IMG/VR virus record: IMGVR_UViG_3300019132_000034
Span: 1 to 51,158 of that record
Origin: a virus
Length of the DNA: 51,158 nucleotides
Direction: 5' to 3' (one strand)
Shown here: in pieces, positions 51,081 through 51,158 of the stretch
How positions within the stretch are numbered: position 1 is the stretch's first letter
How the letters are laid out: each line of letters begins with the position of its first letter
Position numbers and translations under genes: made by a program
The notes under the pieces: generated by a model
Seen by the model: the letters and a program-made list of their open reading frames with translations, nothing else
Database searches by the model: none
What the model was told of the DNA's origin: nothing

Positions 51081-51158
51081 AAACTAATAAGTTTCAGCAT
51101 ATCATATATTAGTAAAGGTTGTGTGACTAGAAGCATCTACCTCCACATGAGGATGAAG
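51060..51158. repeat. Terminal direct repeat, copy 2 (identical to 1-99)
   Basis: Direct comparison with nt 1-99. Confidence 0.95.

Larger units (their letters stand above)
1..51158. mobile_element. Complete temperate contractile-tailed (PBSX/Xkd-like) Bacillota phage genome. The contig closes on itself through a 99-nt terminal overlap.
   Basis: Lysogeny, replication, late-regulator, packaging, head, contractile tail/baseplate and lysis modules are all present. Nt 1-99 equal nt 51060-51158. AGGAGG-type RBSs and Xkd-type tail genes are present. Confidence 0.8.

Noticed and set aside
51060-51158. The 99-nt end repeats as attL/attR or as a physical DTR
   Set aside because: Serine-integrase att sites share only a 2-nt core. 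An exact fixed-length overlap that cuts through a gene is more simply explained as a circular-assembly overlap. A true short DTR cannot be fully excluded without reads.

Overview
The window is a complete temperate phage genome of about 51 kb. It has a contractile tail of the PBSX/Xkd type and appears to come from a Bacillota (Bacillaceae-like) host. Nt 1-99 are identical to nt 51060-51158, so the contig closes on itself and the unique length is 51059 nt.

Gene order:
- Large serine recombinase (149-1708, minus strand).
- CI/Cro-like XRE switch (2.0-2.8 kb).
- Recombination, replication and nucleotide-metabolism genes (3.3-13.3 kb): Gp157, ERF, ThyX, Bro/KilAC antirepressor, DnaD-like organiser with internal iterons, DnaC-like loader, HNH, SSB, MazG, a PP-loop/PAPS-reductase-like protein, and a PD-(D/E)XK resolvase.
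- RinA-type late activator (13.3 kb).
- A more AT-rich accessory island of about 7 kb (13.8-20.8 kb).
- A membrane-protein/DUF2188 wedge (20.9-22.5 kb).
- TerS, TerL, portal, scaffold, capsid and Mu-F-like head genes (22.8-30 kb).
- Connector, sheath, tube, tape measure, XkdP-to-XkdX-like baseplate, fibre and chaperone genes (30-42.9 kb).
- Holin and amidase endolysin (42.9-44.5 kb).
- A moron region (44.6-48.3 kb).
- An XRE / FtsK-SpoIIIE / replication-relaxation block (48.3-51.1 kb).

Findings most worth follow-up:
1. A compact type V-F (Cas12f-like, 423 aa) CRISPR locus. It has a candidate tracrRNA and a mini-array of 4 repeats and 3 spacers. No cas1, cas2 or cas4 is present. It sits between the lysis and lysogeny modules.
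2. Two paralogous structured RNA-like elements of about 113 nt, each ending in a terminator, with compensatory stem changes. They bracket the accessory island.
3. Inside that island, a cassette of SRA-like-HNH, MazG-like pyrophosphatase and reader-HNH genes. Next to it is a Panacea (DUF4065) antitoxin-like gene paired with a 629-aa polytopic membrane protein.

All functional calls rest on motif recognition by eye. No database searches were run.
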